From contig NZ_JBIINP010000001.1 of NCBI RefSeq assembly GCF_044337415.1, positions 10,321-74,320 of the forward strand: a stretch of 64,000 bases of DNA, in the 5' to 3' direction. The notes under the pieces were generated by a model. It was not told where the DNA came from and did no database searches. It saw nothing but the letters and a program-made list of their open reading frames with translations. This DNA comes from Luteitalea sp. (lineage in GTDB: Bacteria > Acidobacteriota > Vicinamibacteria > Vicinamibacterales > Vicinamibacteraceae). The position numbers and the translations under genes are program-made. Positions 39,117 to 49,357 of the stretch are shown piece after piece (the stretch's first letter is position 1; every line of letters starts with the position of its first letter).

Positions 39117-40724
39117 CTAGGAGAATGCCGCGCCGACCATGACCTTGCGGATCAGGCAGGGCGACGAGCCGTGCGACGGGTAGTTGGACTGGACGGGCTG
39201 CCCCTTCGCGTCGCCGTCCATGCCGTGGTGCTCCCAGCTCTCGGGCGGGCCCACGGCATCGAGGTTGGCCCAGAAGTCGGTGGTGATGGCGTTGTAGGTG
39301 AAGTCGGTGACCATGCGCGTCACCTTGCCGTTCTTGATCTCCCAGAAGGCGTTGCCGCCGAACTGCCCGTTGTACCGCTGCTGGTCGATGCTGAAGCTGC
39401 CCGAGCCCTCGACGAGTACGCCGTCCTTGACGTCGGCGATCATCTGGTCGAGCGTCGGCGACCCGGGCTTGCCCGGCTCGAGCTGGATGTTGGGCATGCG
39501 CAGGAACGGGTAGTTGCGCCAGTGGTTGGCGAACGTGCACCCGCGGCTCTCGGTCTCACCCATGTAGTGCGCGGTCTCGCGGTTGGTCTGCAGGCCGACC
39601 AGGATGCCCTCCTGGATGATGGGCCACCGCTGCGACTTCACGCCATCGTCGTCGAAGCCGACGGTGCCGCACGCGCCCACGTGCGTGCGATCGGCGTACA
39701 CGTTGAGCAGCGGACTGCCGTACTTCAGCTTCTTCAGGTCGGACAGCTTCACGAAGCTGGTGCCCGCGTAGTTGGCCTCGTAGCCGACGATGCGATCCAG
39801 TTCGGTGGGGTGCGCGATGATCTCGTGGATCGTCAGCGCGAGGTGCGACGGCTTGAGCACGAGATCCTTCAGGCCCGCCGACACCGGCGCCGCCAGGCTG
39901 TGCTCCACGGCCTCGGCTGCGACGCGTTCGGCATTCCCCTTCAGGTCGGCCTTCACCAGGAACTCGTAGCCGGCCGTCGACGCGCCCGGCGTGTAGATGC
40001 GCGTCTTCACCTGGCCCTTGCTGCGCGCCGTCGCCGAGCACCCGCACGAGCAGTAGTACAGGCTCTGTTCGATGAAGGAGCCTTCGCTGGTGACCAGGAA
40101 CTTCCAGTCGTGCGAGAAGCTCACCTGCGCCGTGGCGAAGAGCACCTGCTTGTTCTTCTGGATCTCGCTCGTCGCGTCGGTGAGGATCGCCAGCTTCTCC
40201 TCGAGCGGCACCTCGAACGGGTCGCGCTGGTGCGGCGTCTCGTAGAACTCGTCGTAGGCCGGCACGGGCGCGAGTTTCACGTCGAAGCGCTTGGCCATGG
40301 CGCTGGCCTTCGCGATGTCGGTGGCCTGCTGCACGATGCGGCGGATCTCCTCAGGCGTGACGAGCGGGCTGCTCGCAAACCCCCACACGCCCGAATGGAC
40401 GACGCGGACGCCGAACCCGAAGGTGTCCGAGATGCCGCCGCCCGGCACGGCGCCGAAGCCGCCGAAGCTGAAGCCCCCGGCGCTGGTCAGCTGTCCGTTC
40501 CGCACGTTCAGGGCCTGGGAGCGCTTGCGGCCGAACCGGATGTCGGCGTAGGTGCAACCGAGGCCCTTGGCCTGCCTGAGCGCGTCGGCGCCCCACGTGC
40601 GCCAGGGCCCGGAGCGCGCCCGCGGCGACTGGGCCGACACGGGAGCGAGCCAGAGGTCGGACAGCGTCAGGGCCACCCCGGCGGCGCTGGCTGTCTTGAG
40701 GAAGTCCCGTCGATTCTGCGGCAT
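39117..40724 (-). CDS. TldD-family metalloprotease with twin-arginine signal peptide (paralogue 2)
   Basis: MPQNRRDFLK Tat motif, GFGVRVVHSGVWGFAS, HEIIAH (39810-39827), HWRNYPFLRMPN, SIDQQRYNGQFGG. Confidence 0.9.
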   Translation of the reverse strand: MPQNRRDFLKTASAAGVALTLSDLWLAPVSAQSPRARSGPWRTWGADALRQAKGLGCTYADIRFGRKRSQALNVRNGQLTSAGGFSFGGFGAVPGGGISDTFGFGVRVVHSGVWGFASSPLVTPEEIRRIVQQATDIAKASAMAKRFDVKLAPVPAYDEFYETPHQRDPFEVPLEEKLAILTDATSEIQKNKQVLFATAQVSFSHDWKFLVTSEGSFIEQSLYYCSCGCSATARSKGQVKTRIYTPGASTAGYEFLVKADLKGNAERVAAEAVEHSLAAPVSAGLKDLVLKPSHLALTIHEIIAHPTELDRIVGYEANYAGTSFVKLSDLKKLKYGSPLLNVYADRTHVGACGTVGFDDDGVKSQRWPIIQEGILVGLQTNRETAHYMGETESRGCTFANHWRNYPFLRMPNIQLEPGKPGSPTLDQMIADVKDGVLVEGSGSFSIDQQRYNGQFGGNAFWEIKNGKVTRMVTDFTYNAITTDFWANLDAVGPPESWEHHGMDGDAKGQPVQSNYPSHGSSPCLIRKVMVGAAFS

Positions 40725-40741
40725 GTCGTCGTTTCGTCCGC

Positions 40742-42478
40742 CTAGCGCTCGCGATGCAGGCGGCGCAGGATCCACTCGAAGCCGAGCACGGCGAGCACGA
40801 GCGCGGCGTACCACCAGGTCCGCGTCACGTGCCAGCGCGCGCCCGGCGGCGCGTCCAGGGCGGCCCGCAGCGCCGAGAGCGCGCGAGGCGCCTCGGCGTC
40901 GGTGGCCGCAAGGGCTCCCACGCTGGCCTGGTGGCGGACCACATCCGGCCACGCGCCAACCAGTGCGGGAGGGCTTACGTCTATCACGGCTGCGTCCTCG
41001 GCCACCACTCGCCCTTGCTCCATCGTGCGAGCGGCGACGTTGACTCGCCGTCCTGCCGGCCAGGGCGCGGTGCCGCGCCACTGGCCCGGCGCCGGCGACC
41101 ACAGGGGGACGGACTGCCCCCACGCGTCGATGGCCTCACCCGGCGTGACCCGCACGTCGGCGGCCGCCGTGTCCGGACCTGTCGTGACCGCGAGGCCCAC
41201 GACCCGTCCGTCTTCCGAGTACCCCAGCCAGGGCCGGAGCGACAGCGGGCGAGGTTGCTCGAGCGCCAGCGACGTCACCAATGCGCGCCATCCGCCCGCG
41301 AAGTCCGTGCCCGCATCCGCCCGCCAGCGCCAGGCGTCGAGCGCGCTGATCAGCACGATGCGGCCGCCGCCTGCGGCCCGTCCCCAGATCACCGGCGTGC
41401 CCTCGTCGAGATACGCCAGCGGTTGCGCGTCCGTTGCCGGGCCGGGCGCCAGCCACTCCCGGACGTGCCAGCGGTGACTGCCGATGTGGGCGGGCTGCAC
41501 CGCAGCGGCGGTGCGCACCAGGCCGACGGGCTGCGGCCACAGGCGGGTCCAGGGGCCGGCCGTCGGCGGCGCGTCGAGCACCAGCACCACCGTGCGTCCG
41601 CGCTCCTGCACGTCGGCTGCGAGGCGCGTCACGTCCGCGGAGGTCAACGCCTCGACGCCCCCGGCGATGGTGAGGTGCGCCAGATCGCGGCCCGACGCCA
41701 CCTGGGCGTCGTCGGCGCCCGTGGTCAGGCCTGGCGCGACGCGGGTCTCGCTTCGCACCGTGAGCCCACGGGCGCCCTCGAGCGCGAGGCGTGCGAATCG
41801 CGCGCCCCAGGACGGGCGCGCCTCGAGCACATCGACCGCGATCTGCAGATCGCGGACACGGACATCGACGTCGGCGGGCGATGCCGGGCGCACCACGCCC
41901 TCCCCCTCCCACGCGGCCGATATGCGGAGCCGGACATGGCCGGGGCTCACAGGGAGCCAGGGGACGCGCACGGCCAACGGCGGCGCCTGCCCCGGCGCTG
42001 TCGGAGCAGAGGTCCCGGTCGCGACCTCCACGTCGCGAGCCGTGTCGACGACGCGAACGCGGACCTGCCCTCGCGCTGATGGAACGGCGGCAAGCCTCAC
42101 GAGGATGTCTGTCGTGACACCGACGGCCGCGTCGACAGGCGCCCCGACGTGCGCCATCGCCAGCGCATCGCCGGCAGGCCGGACGACCATGGCCGCGCCA
42201 CGCTCACGCAACAGGGTCAGCGCGGCTCCTGCGTCGCCGACGACGATGCGCGCGGCGACGTCGGTCGCTGCCGCGGGATCGTCGCCATCGGCGCGGCGCA
42301 CGTCTGCCCACGGTGCGGCAGCGGCCAGGCGGGCGACCTCCGCCGCCGCATCGGGGACGCCGGCGAGCACGGTCGCCTCGATGACCGGCCGACGCGCACG
42401 CGCGCAGCCGGGGTCGAGCAGGCCGCCGGCCACGCCGAGTATCCCGAGCGCGCGCAGGCTGACGCGCAGCCACCTCAT
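40742..42478 (-). CDS. Membrane-anchored protein, degenerate glutamine-amidotransferase-like fold member of MoxR operons (hypothetical)
   Basis: N-terminal TM, VDVLEARPSWGARF resembling the EGRPRWEYRF motif of such proteins, WRWR, C-terminal TM ending FEWILRR. Confidence 0.55.
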   Translation of the reverse strand: MRWLRVSLRALGILGVAGGLLDPGCARARRPVIEATVLAGVPDAAAEVARLAAAAPWADVRRADGDDPAAATDVAARIVVGDAGAALTLLRERGAAMVVRPAGDALAMAHVGAPVDAAVGVTTDILVRLAAVPSARGQVRVRVVDTARDVEVATGTSAPTAPGQAPPLAVRVPWLPVSPGHVRLRISAAWEGEGVVRPASPADVDVRVRDLQIAVDVLEARPSWGARFARLALEGARGLTVRSETRVAPGLTTGADDAQVASGRDLAHLTIAGGVEALTSADVTRLAADVQERGRTVVLVLDAPPTAGPWTRLWPQPVGLVRTAAAVQPAHIGSHRWHVREWLAPGPATDAQPLAYLDEGTPVIWGRAAGGGRIVLISALDAWRWRADAGTDFAGGWRALVTSLALEQPRPLSLRPWLGYSEDGRVVGLAVTTGPDTAAADVRVTPGEAIDAWGQSVPLWSPAPGQWRGTAPWPAGRRVNVAARTMEQGRVVAEDAAVIDVSPPALVGAWPDVVRHQASVGALAATDAEAPRALSALRAALDAPPGARWHVTRTWWYAALVLAVLGFEWILRRLHRER

Positions 42479-44463
42479 GGGCGTCGCTCCAGGGCGGCGA
42501 GGCCGACCTCGTCCCTCGACGCCGGCAGTGGCAGCGGCACACGCGCGGTGCCGGACGCGAGCAGGCGGGCACGCAGCAATCGCGCCGCGGCGGCGCCGTC
42601 GCTTCCGGCGGCAGCCCCCTGCACGGCTTGCACCCACGTCCCGTCGGCGCGATCGAGCGCGATGAGGTCCGGTACTGCCGCTGCGACGGTGGTGGCGCCG
42701 CTGTCGAGCCGGGCCAGCAGGGCCAGCGCCCGGCGCGCCTGGGGCTCGGGCAATGGCGCCCGGGCCCAGCGTGCGGGCGCCGCCTCGGAGCGGTCGCCCT
42801 GCAGGCGCCGCGCGCCATCGAGTTGGACCGGGGTCGGCAGCGTGCGCATGAAGTAGCGGGCCTTGCCGAAGGCCGCCTGCAACGCCGCAAGCGCCCTGTA
42901 CTCGTAAGGCAGTGCTTCCCTGAGATCGGCGTCAGTCAGGCGCGTCTCGGCCTGCGCCATCTGCCGGACGGCGGTCGTGAGGTCGCCCTGGCCGCGGTTG
43001 TCGAGGCGGCCGGCCTCCACCTCGTGCGAGTGGGCGGCCTCCTCCTCCTCGTCCTCGACCTCGCCACCGAGCATGAAGACGAACTCGGCGCGCACGCGGC
43101 GCTGCGCGATGGCGAGTGCCTGGGCCTCGCTCAGGTAGGCTGCCGCCGTCATCCGCGGACGTCGCTCCAGGAGTCGCTCGGTGAGCAGGATCACCATGCG
43201 CTGGCTCAGCGCGAACTTCTCCTCCGGCTCTGGCAGGCTGAAGTCGCCGGCCGCCTGCGCCCCTTCCCGCGCGATCTCGATGAGGAAGCGCTCGGATTCG
43301 CCGGCGCCTTCCGCGCCCGGCCGGGCGTCGTGCGCCACCGCGTGGTAGGCCACCGAGTCGCCGGGGCCGAGGCCCAGTGCGGCCAGCTCCACCACGTGGT
43401 CTCCTTCCCACGTGGTCGGCGACCGGCGCTGCAGGCGCACGGGCCACTCGCCGTCCTCGAAGGTGAAGCTCTCACCGCTGCCGGACACCTTGGTGTAACG
43501 GAGTCGCAGTTCGCGGAGGCCAATGTCGTCGGCGGCCACGACATGGATCGAGACCTGGCCGGTGGCCGCGGCTCGCTTGAGGTCAGCGCCTGGCGCCGTG
43601 ATCCGGACGTCTGGAGCCGCGTCGGCGCGCACGATCACGACGATCGTGGCGAGTGGCGTGCCTGTGGCGGTGCCCAGCACCAGGGCGTCGGACTGATGGA
43701 CGTCGAACGTCGCCCGCGCGGTCGTGCCCGTGGTCTCGACCACCAGCGGTGTCGCCCCGAGCCGTGCCTGTGCGCCTGCGGGCCAGCCCTCGACGCGCAC
43801 GTCGAGACGCGCGCCGGCGAGCGCCTCGATCCGCGTGGGGGCATCCAGTTCCTGCACCGATTGGCGGGAGTAGGCCGGCGGACGCACGGTGACGTGCCAG
43901 CGGATGCCGCTGCCTCCACCGCCGGTCGCAGGGTTCGAGGCGCCGTCGCTGCCGTGGCCCTGAGCCGGGCGCGCGGCCGGGAGCCACCATGGGGCCATCG
44001 CGGCGAGCGCCAGGGCGAGGAGGGCTGCGCGCCAGCGCCGCACGGAGACGGGCCGAGGCCACGACGCCGCACCGAGGGCGCCGCGGACCTGCCGCGTCAG
44101 GTGGGTCTCGATCGACGGGTCGAGCGTGCTCCCCAGTTCGTGCCAGGTCCGGAGCGCGTTGCCGAGCGTGGGCGTGTGCGCCTCGGTCTCGGTGATCAGT
44201 GGGGTGAGCGAGCGCAGTCCCCGTGTTGCCAGGAGCCCCGCTACCGTCACGCAGGCGCCAGCCGCGCCAGCCGGCAGCATCGCCGACCCTCCGTACGTGG
44301 ACACGCAGGCATGCACCAGGCGCCCCACGGCCATGCCCACGACGAGGTGCCACGTGACGAGGGCGAGGCGCCATCGCTGCTGCGCCGTTGCGAGCCACGT
44401 GTGGATCCACGCGCGGTCGGCACTGGGACTGCCGCCGCCGACGCGCGGTTCGTCAGGCGGCAT
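42475..44463 (-). CDS. DUF4175-like membrane protein (hypothetical)
   Basis: TMs, VRPPAYSR, DAAPDVRITAPGAD, ADDIGL, LGPGDSVAYHAVAHD, SQRMVILLTERL, QRRVRAEFVFMLGGEVEDEEEEA. Confidence 0.6.
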   Translation of the reverse strand: MPPDEPRVGGGSPSADRAWIHTWLATAQQRWRLALVTWHLVVGMAVGRLVHACVSTYGGSAMLPAGAAGACVTVAGLLATRGLRSLTPLITETEAHTPTLGNALRTWHELGSTLDPSIETHLTRQVRGALGAASWPRPVSVRRWRAALLALALAAMAPWWLPAARPAQGHGSDGASNPATGGGGSGIRWHVTVRPPAYSRQSVQELDAPTRIEALAGARLDVRVEGWPAGAQARLGATPLVVETTGTTARATFDVHQSDALVLGTATGTPLATIVVIVRADAAPDVRITAPGADLKRAAATGQVSIHVVAADDIGLRELRLRYTKVSGSGESFTFEDGEWPVRLQRRSPTTWEGDHVVELAALGLGPGDSVAYHAVAHDARPGAEGAGESERFLIEIAREGAQAAGDFSLPEPEEKFALSQRMVILLTERLLERRPRMTAAAYLSEAQALAIAQRRVRAEFVFMLGGEVEDEEEEAAHSHEVEAGRLDNRGQGDLTTAVRQMAQAETRLTDADLREALPYEYRALAALQAAFGKARYFMRTLPTPVQLDGARRLQGDRSEAAPARWARAPLPEPQARRALALLARLDSGATTVAAAVPDLIALDRADGTWVQAVQGAAAGSDGAAAARLLRARLLASGTARVPLPLPASRDEVGLAALERRP

Positions 44464-45637
44464 CGCGTGCCTCCACCGCAGGCTCACGACTGTCGCGCGC
44501 ACCGCGCCGCCACCACTGCTCCCCTACCAGCAGGAGCAGGGCCAGCGCCCAGCACCAGCGTGTGTCCAGTCCCGCGGGCAGCGTGTTCGCGGTAGGCGGC
44601 TTCCCGTCCCGTGTCAGTCGGGCGAGGTCGGCAGCACTCCACGTCATGGGTACCTGCTCGACCTCGGGGCGAGCGAGCGCCTCGCTTGCGACGAGGACGC
44701 TCCACAAGGCCAGCGGCGATCCGGGCGTCGCCGCCAGCAGCAGCTCCACGCGGTTGCCCTCCGCCCAGCCGGCGAGCAACGGCCGTCCCTGCGCATCGGC
44801 CGCGAGGAGCCGGGCCGCCGCCGGCATGCGCACGCTGCGCGCGTCGGGTCGCGAACGCTCGGCGGCCTCCCGGATGCGCGGGTCGGTGGCCAGCGCGTCG
44901 AGCAGCATGGCGGCGCCGGACGTGGCCGGTGCAGCGGCGGCATCCGGAGATGGGCTGCCGGGCAGGTTCACTCGAACGGCCACCTCGCTGCGCGACGCCA
45001 GTCGCGTCGCCGTCTCGCGCAGCCGCGCGGCGACGGCCGCGTCGCCGGGGGCGGCGGCAACGCTGAGGGGGACGGCCACCGCCGGCCGGGCGGGCGCGTC
45101 GATCGGAGCGAACCTCAGGCCCACGTGCCCGGGCACCGCGTCCAGCGCACGTGGCGGCAGGGCCGTGGCACGACCGCTCCAGGCGAGCGCAATCTCGGTG
45201 CGCGATTCGCGGGCGGCGACGGTGGCACGCGCACTGGCGTCCGCGAGCGCCTGCATCGGCGCGGCTGCCGTCAGGACCTCGGACGATGAGGCGGTGCGCT
45301 GCCATTCGCCGACCACCGATCGCGCGTTCGCCGCCGCGGATGTCTCCACGACGATCACGCGATGCAGGCGCGATCGCCAGGCGTCCAGGCGCCCCGCGGT
45401 GACGACGGTCGGCCCGGCGGCCGCCGCGACGATCAGCAGCACGATGGCGGCGCGCAGCGCGAGCAGTGGCCAGTCCTGCACGCGCTGCAGCCGGCGCGCC
45501 ACGGGCGACGAGGCGCGCAGGAACCGGAGCGTGGAGAAGGGCCGCAGGGTGGGCTGCCGTCGCGACCACAGGTGGGCGACGAGCGGCAGCACGACGGCGA
45601 TCGCCAGCGCCCCGGCCCACGGGAGGGCCCAGTTCAC
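44453..45637 (-). CDS. BatA (N-terminal double-TM) domain protein
   Basis: GTG start overlapping the DUF58 stop; LPLVAHLW...PFSTLRFL...LLALRAAIVLLIVAAAAGP BatA signature; C-terminal TM (LLLVGEQWW). Confidence 0.75.
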   Translation of the reverse strand: MNWALPWAGALAIAVVLPLVAHLWSRRQPTLRPFSTLRFLRASSPVARRLQRVQDWPLLALRAAIVLLIVAAAAGPTVVTAGRLDAWRSRLHRVIVVETSAAANARSVVGEWQRTASSSEVLTAAAPMQALADASARATVAARESRTEIALAWSGRATALPPRALDAVPGHVGLRFAPIDAPARPAVAVPLSVAAAPGDAAVAARLRETATRLASRSEVAVRVNLPGSPSPDAAAAPATSGAAMLLDALATDPRIREAAERSRPDARSVRMPAAARLLAADAQGRPLLAGWAEGNRVELLLAATPGSPLALWSVLVASEALARPEVEQVPMTWSAADLARLTRDGKPPTANTLPAGLDTRWCWALALLLLVGEQWWRRGARDSREPAVEARDAA

Positions 45638-46544
45638 CGCGCCCCTCCGGCCAGGGCCGCGCGCTGCTGCGAGAACGCGCGCAGGACGGCATCGAGCGGC
45701 CTGTCGGTGTGCGCCTCGACGAAGGTCACGCCCTCGCTGGCGGCAAACGCCTGCCACTGCGCGATGAATGCCGCCAGGCGGCCGGCGTAGGCCTCGCGGA
45801 TCGCCGGCACACTCGTCACCAGTCGCTCACCCGTTTCGAGGTCCTCGAACGCGACGTCGCCCCCCGTCGGAAGTGTCCGCTCTTCGGGCGCGAGCACATG
45901 GAAGAGCACCACTTCGTGGCCCATGCGGCGCACCTCGCGCACCGCGCTGGCCGTGTCCTCGTCATCGCCGAACAGGTCCGAGACGACCGCCACGAAGCCG
46001 CGCCGTCCGAGTCGAGTCGCCGCCGTGCGAATACCACGACCGAGTGCGGTGCCGCCTCCTGGCTCGAGACGATCGAGTTGCCCGAGCAGTCGCACCAGGT
46101 GCGGGCGGCCGGTGCGCGGTGGCAACTGCAGGCGCGGCTGGTCGGCGTGCGCCACCAGGCCCACCGCCTCGCCCTGCTGGACCAGCAGGTACGCCAGGGC
46201 TGCGGCCAGCAACGCCCCCACGCGCAGCTTGGTGACGCCACTGGTCGTGGACAGGGTCATCGATCGGCTCGCGTCGACGGCGAGCATCACCGGCCACTCG
46301 GTGGTCTCCCGGTACACGCGGGTGAACAGGCGATCGGTCCTGGCGTAGTGCTTCCAGTCCAGGTGCTTCAGGTCGTCGCCCGGCAGGTAGGGGCGCATCT
46401 GCTGGAACTCGGCGCCCGACCCCGTGAACGGGCTGCGATGCGCGCCGAGGCGGGTGCCCTCGACGATGAGGCGGGCGGCCAACTCGAGGTCGGCGATGCG
46501 GGCCAGCAGCGCCGGGTCGAGGGCCAGCGTCGAGGACGAGCCCA

Positions 46545-46545
<1 letters not shown>
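45634..46545 (-). CDS. DUF58 vWA-like protein
   Basis: GAHRSPFTGSGAEFQQMRPYLPGDDLKHLDWK, MIDAS-like VDASRSM, VVSDLF, FEDLETGE. Confidence 0.9.
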
Positions 46546-47537
<992 letters not shown>

Positions 47538-47603
47538 GTCTGGCTGCGATTGTAGCAACCGGACCTCGAGCGTCTACACGACGACGGGGCGCCGGGCGTT
47601 TCG

Positions 47604-47633
47604 TTGACAGCCTCGAAACCCCCGCGCTACGCT
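47604..47633 (+). promoter_or_regulatory. Sigma70-type promoter for murQ
   Basis: TTGACA (47604-47609), 18-nt spacer, TACGCT (47628-47633). Confidence 0.55.
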
Positions 47634-47671
47634 TCACCGGTTCGCCGCGATCGCCCCACGAGTCACCCTTC

Positions 47672-48622
47672 ATGCCGATGATGTCGAAGTGGGAAGCCCT
47701 CCCGACCGAAGCGATCAACCCCAACAGCCTCGCGCTCGACACCGCGTCGGTCGGCGACGTGATCGACCTGATGGTCAGCGAGGACCGGAAGGTCGTCGCC
47801 GCCGTCCATCGCGAGAAGGAACGCATCACCGCCGGCGTGCAGATGGTGACCGAGTCGTTCCGCAAGGGCGGCCGGGTGATTTTCGTCGGCGCCGGCACGA
47901 GCGGCCGTCTCGGCGTGGTCGAGGCGGCCGAGATGCCGCCGACCTTCGGCGTGTCGACCACCCGTGTGCGCGCGCTGATGGCGGGCGGCAAGGACGCTGT
48001 GTTCCAGCCCAAGGAGGGCGTGGAAGACGACTACGAGGAAGGCGCCCGCGCCATCGCCCGGCTGCGTCCCCAGAAGCGCGACGTCGTGATCGGGATCTCG
48101 GCCAGCGGCGTGACGCCGTTCGTGCGCGGTGCGCTGACGCGCGCCCGCAAGGCGGGCTTGCGCGTGATCTTCGTGACGTGCTGGCCCGGCAGCGAGTTGC
48201 AGAACTTCGTCGACCTGATCATCGCGCCCGCCGTCGGGCCCGAGGTGCTGACGGGCTCGACGCGCCTCAAGGCCGGCACCGCCACCAAGATGGTCCTCAA
48301 CATGCTGACCACCATCGCGATGGTGCGCAGCGGCAAGACCTACGGCAACCTGATGGTGGACGTGCAGGCCACCAACGACAAGCTGAAGGATCGCGCCCGC
48401 CGCATCATCTGCATGGCGACCGGCGTGGACTACGAGACGGCGGGCAAGCTCCTGAAGTCGGCCCGCAACGACGTGAAGGCGGCCATCGTCATGCAGCGCA
48501 CCGGCCTGACGCTCTCCAAGGCCCTGGCCACCCTGAAGCAGTCGCACGACTCGGTCCGCGAGGCCGTGGGCGAGGATGTCGAGCCCCGGCTGCGGGCGCT
48601 GCTGGGGCTCGACAAGAAGTAG
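47672..48622 (+). CDS. murQ: N-acetylmuramic acid 6-phosphate etherase (alternative ATGs at 47678 and 47681)
   Basis: TEAINP, GAGTSGRLG, EMPPTFG, EGVEDD, GISASG, GPEVLTGSTRLKAGTATKMVLNML, YGNLMVDV. Confidence 0.92.
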   Translation: MPMMSKWEALPTEAINPNSLALDTASVGDVIDLMVSEDRKVVAAVHREKERITAGVQMVTESFRKGGRVIFVGAGTSGRLGVVEAAEMPPTFGVSTTRVRALMAGGKDAVFQPKEGVEDDYEEGARAIARLRPQKRDVVIGISASGVTPFVRGALTRARKAGLRVIFVTCWPGSELQNFVDLIIAPAVGPEVLTGSTRLKAGTATKMVLNMLTTIAMVRSGKTYGNLMVDVQATNDKLKDRARRIICMATGVDYETAGKLLKSARNDVKAAIVMQRTGLTLSKALATLKQSHDSVREAVGEDVEPRLRALLGLDKK

Positions 48623-48625
48623 ACG

Positions 48626-49357
48626 TCACCGGATCTGCGCGGCGGCCTCGGTGTCGCAGATCAGCTCCACGTCGGCGTGCAACTGGAGGAACGACGCTGG
48701 CAACTGCGTCGTGACGGGCCCCGTGATGAGGGCCGCGACGGTGGCGGCCTTGCTGCTGCCCGTCACCAGGAGCAGGATCCGCCTCGCCTTCAGGATCGTC
48801 CCCATCCCCATCGTCATCGCCTCGGCAGGCACGCGTGAGGGGTCGCCGTCGAAGAACTCGGCGTTGGCCTTCCGGGACGGCTCGAGCAGGGTCACCCGGT
48901 GCGTGCGCGCCTGCAGGGTCGCATCGGGCTCGTTGAAGCCGATGTGCCCGTTGGCGCCGAGGCCCAGGATCATCAGGTCGATGCCGCCGGCGGCCTCGAT
49001 GGCCTCCTCGAAACGGGCGCACTCGGCGTCGGGGTCGGCGGCCAACCCGTCGAGCACGTGCCCGCGCGCCTCGGTGATGCCGACGCGATCGAAGAGATGG
49101 CCCTTCATGTAGGCGCGGTAGCTGCCCGGATGGCTCACGCCGATGCCGACGAACTCGTCGAGGTTGAAGCTGGTGGCCTGCGAGAAGTCGACCTCGCCGT
49201 CGCTGGCGCGCGTCGCCAACTCCTCGTACATGCGGATGGGCGTCCGTCCGGTGGGGAGACCGAGCACGGCGCGGGGGGTGTCGTGGAGCAGGTCGGCCAC
49301 GCGTTGCGCCGCGAGGTCGGCCACGTCCTGGGGAGAATCACAGAGCGAGATGATCAC
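48626..49357 (-). CDS. nagB: Glucosamine-6-phosphate deaminase (GTG start)
   Basis: LGLPTGRTP, FNLDEFVG, GGIDLMILGLGANGHIGFNEP, AMTMGMGTIL. Confidence 0.92.
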   Translation of the reverse strand: MIISLCDSPQDVADLAAQRVADLLHDTPRAVLGLPTGRTPIRMYEELATRASDGEVDFSQATSFNLDEFVGIGVSHPGSYRAYMKGHLFDRVGITEARGHVLDGLAADPDAECARFEEAIEAAGGIDLMILGLGANGHIGFNEPDATLQARTHRVTLLEPSRKANAEFFDGDPSRVPAEAMTMGMGTILKARRILLLVTGSSKAATVAALITGPVTTQLPASFLQLHADVELICDTEAAAQIR

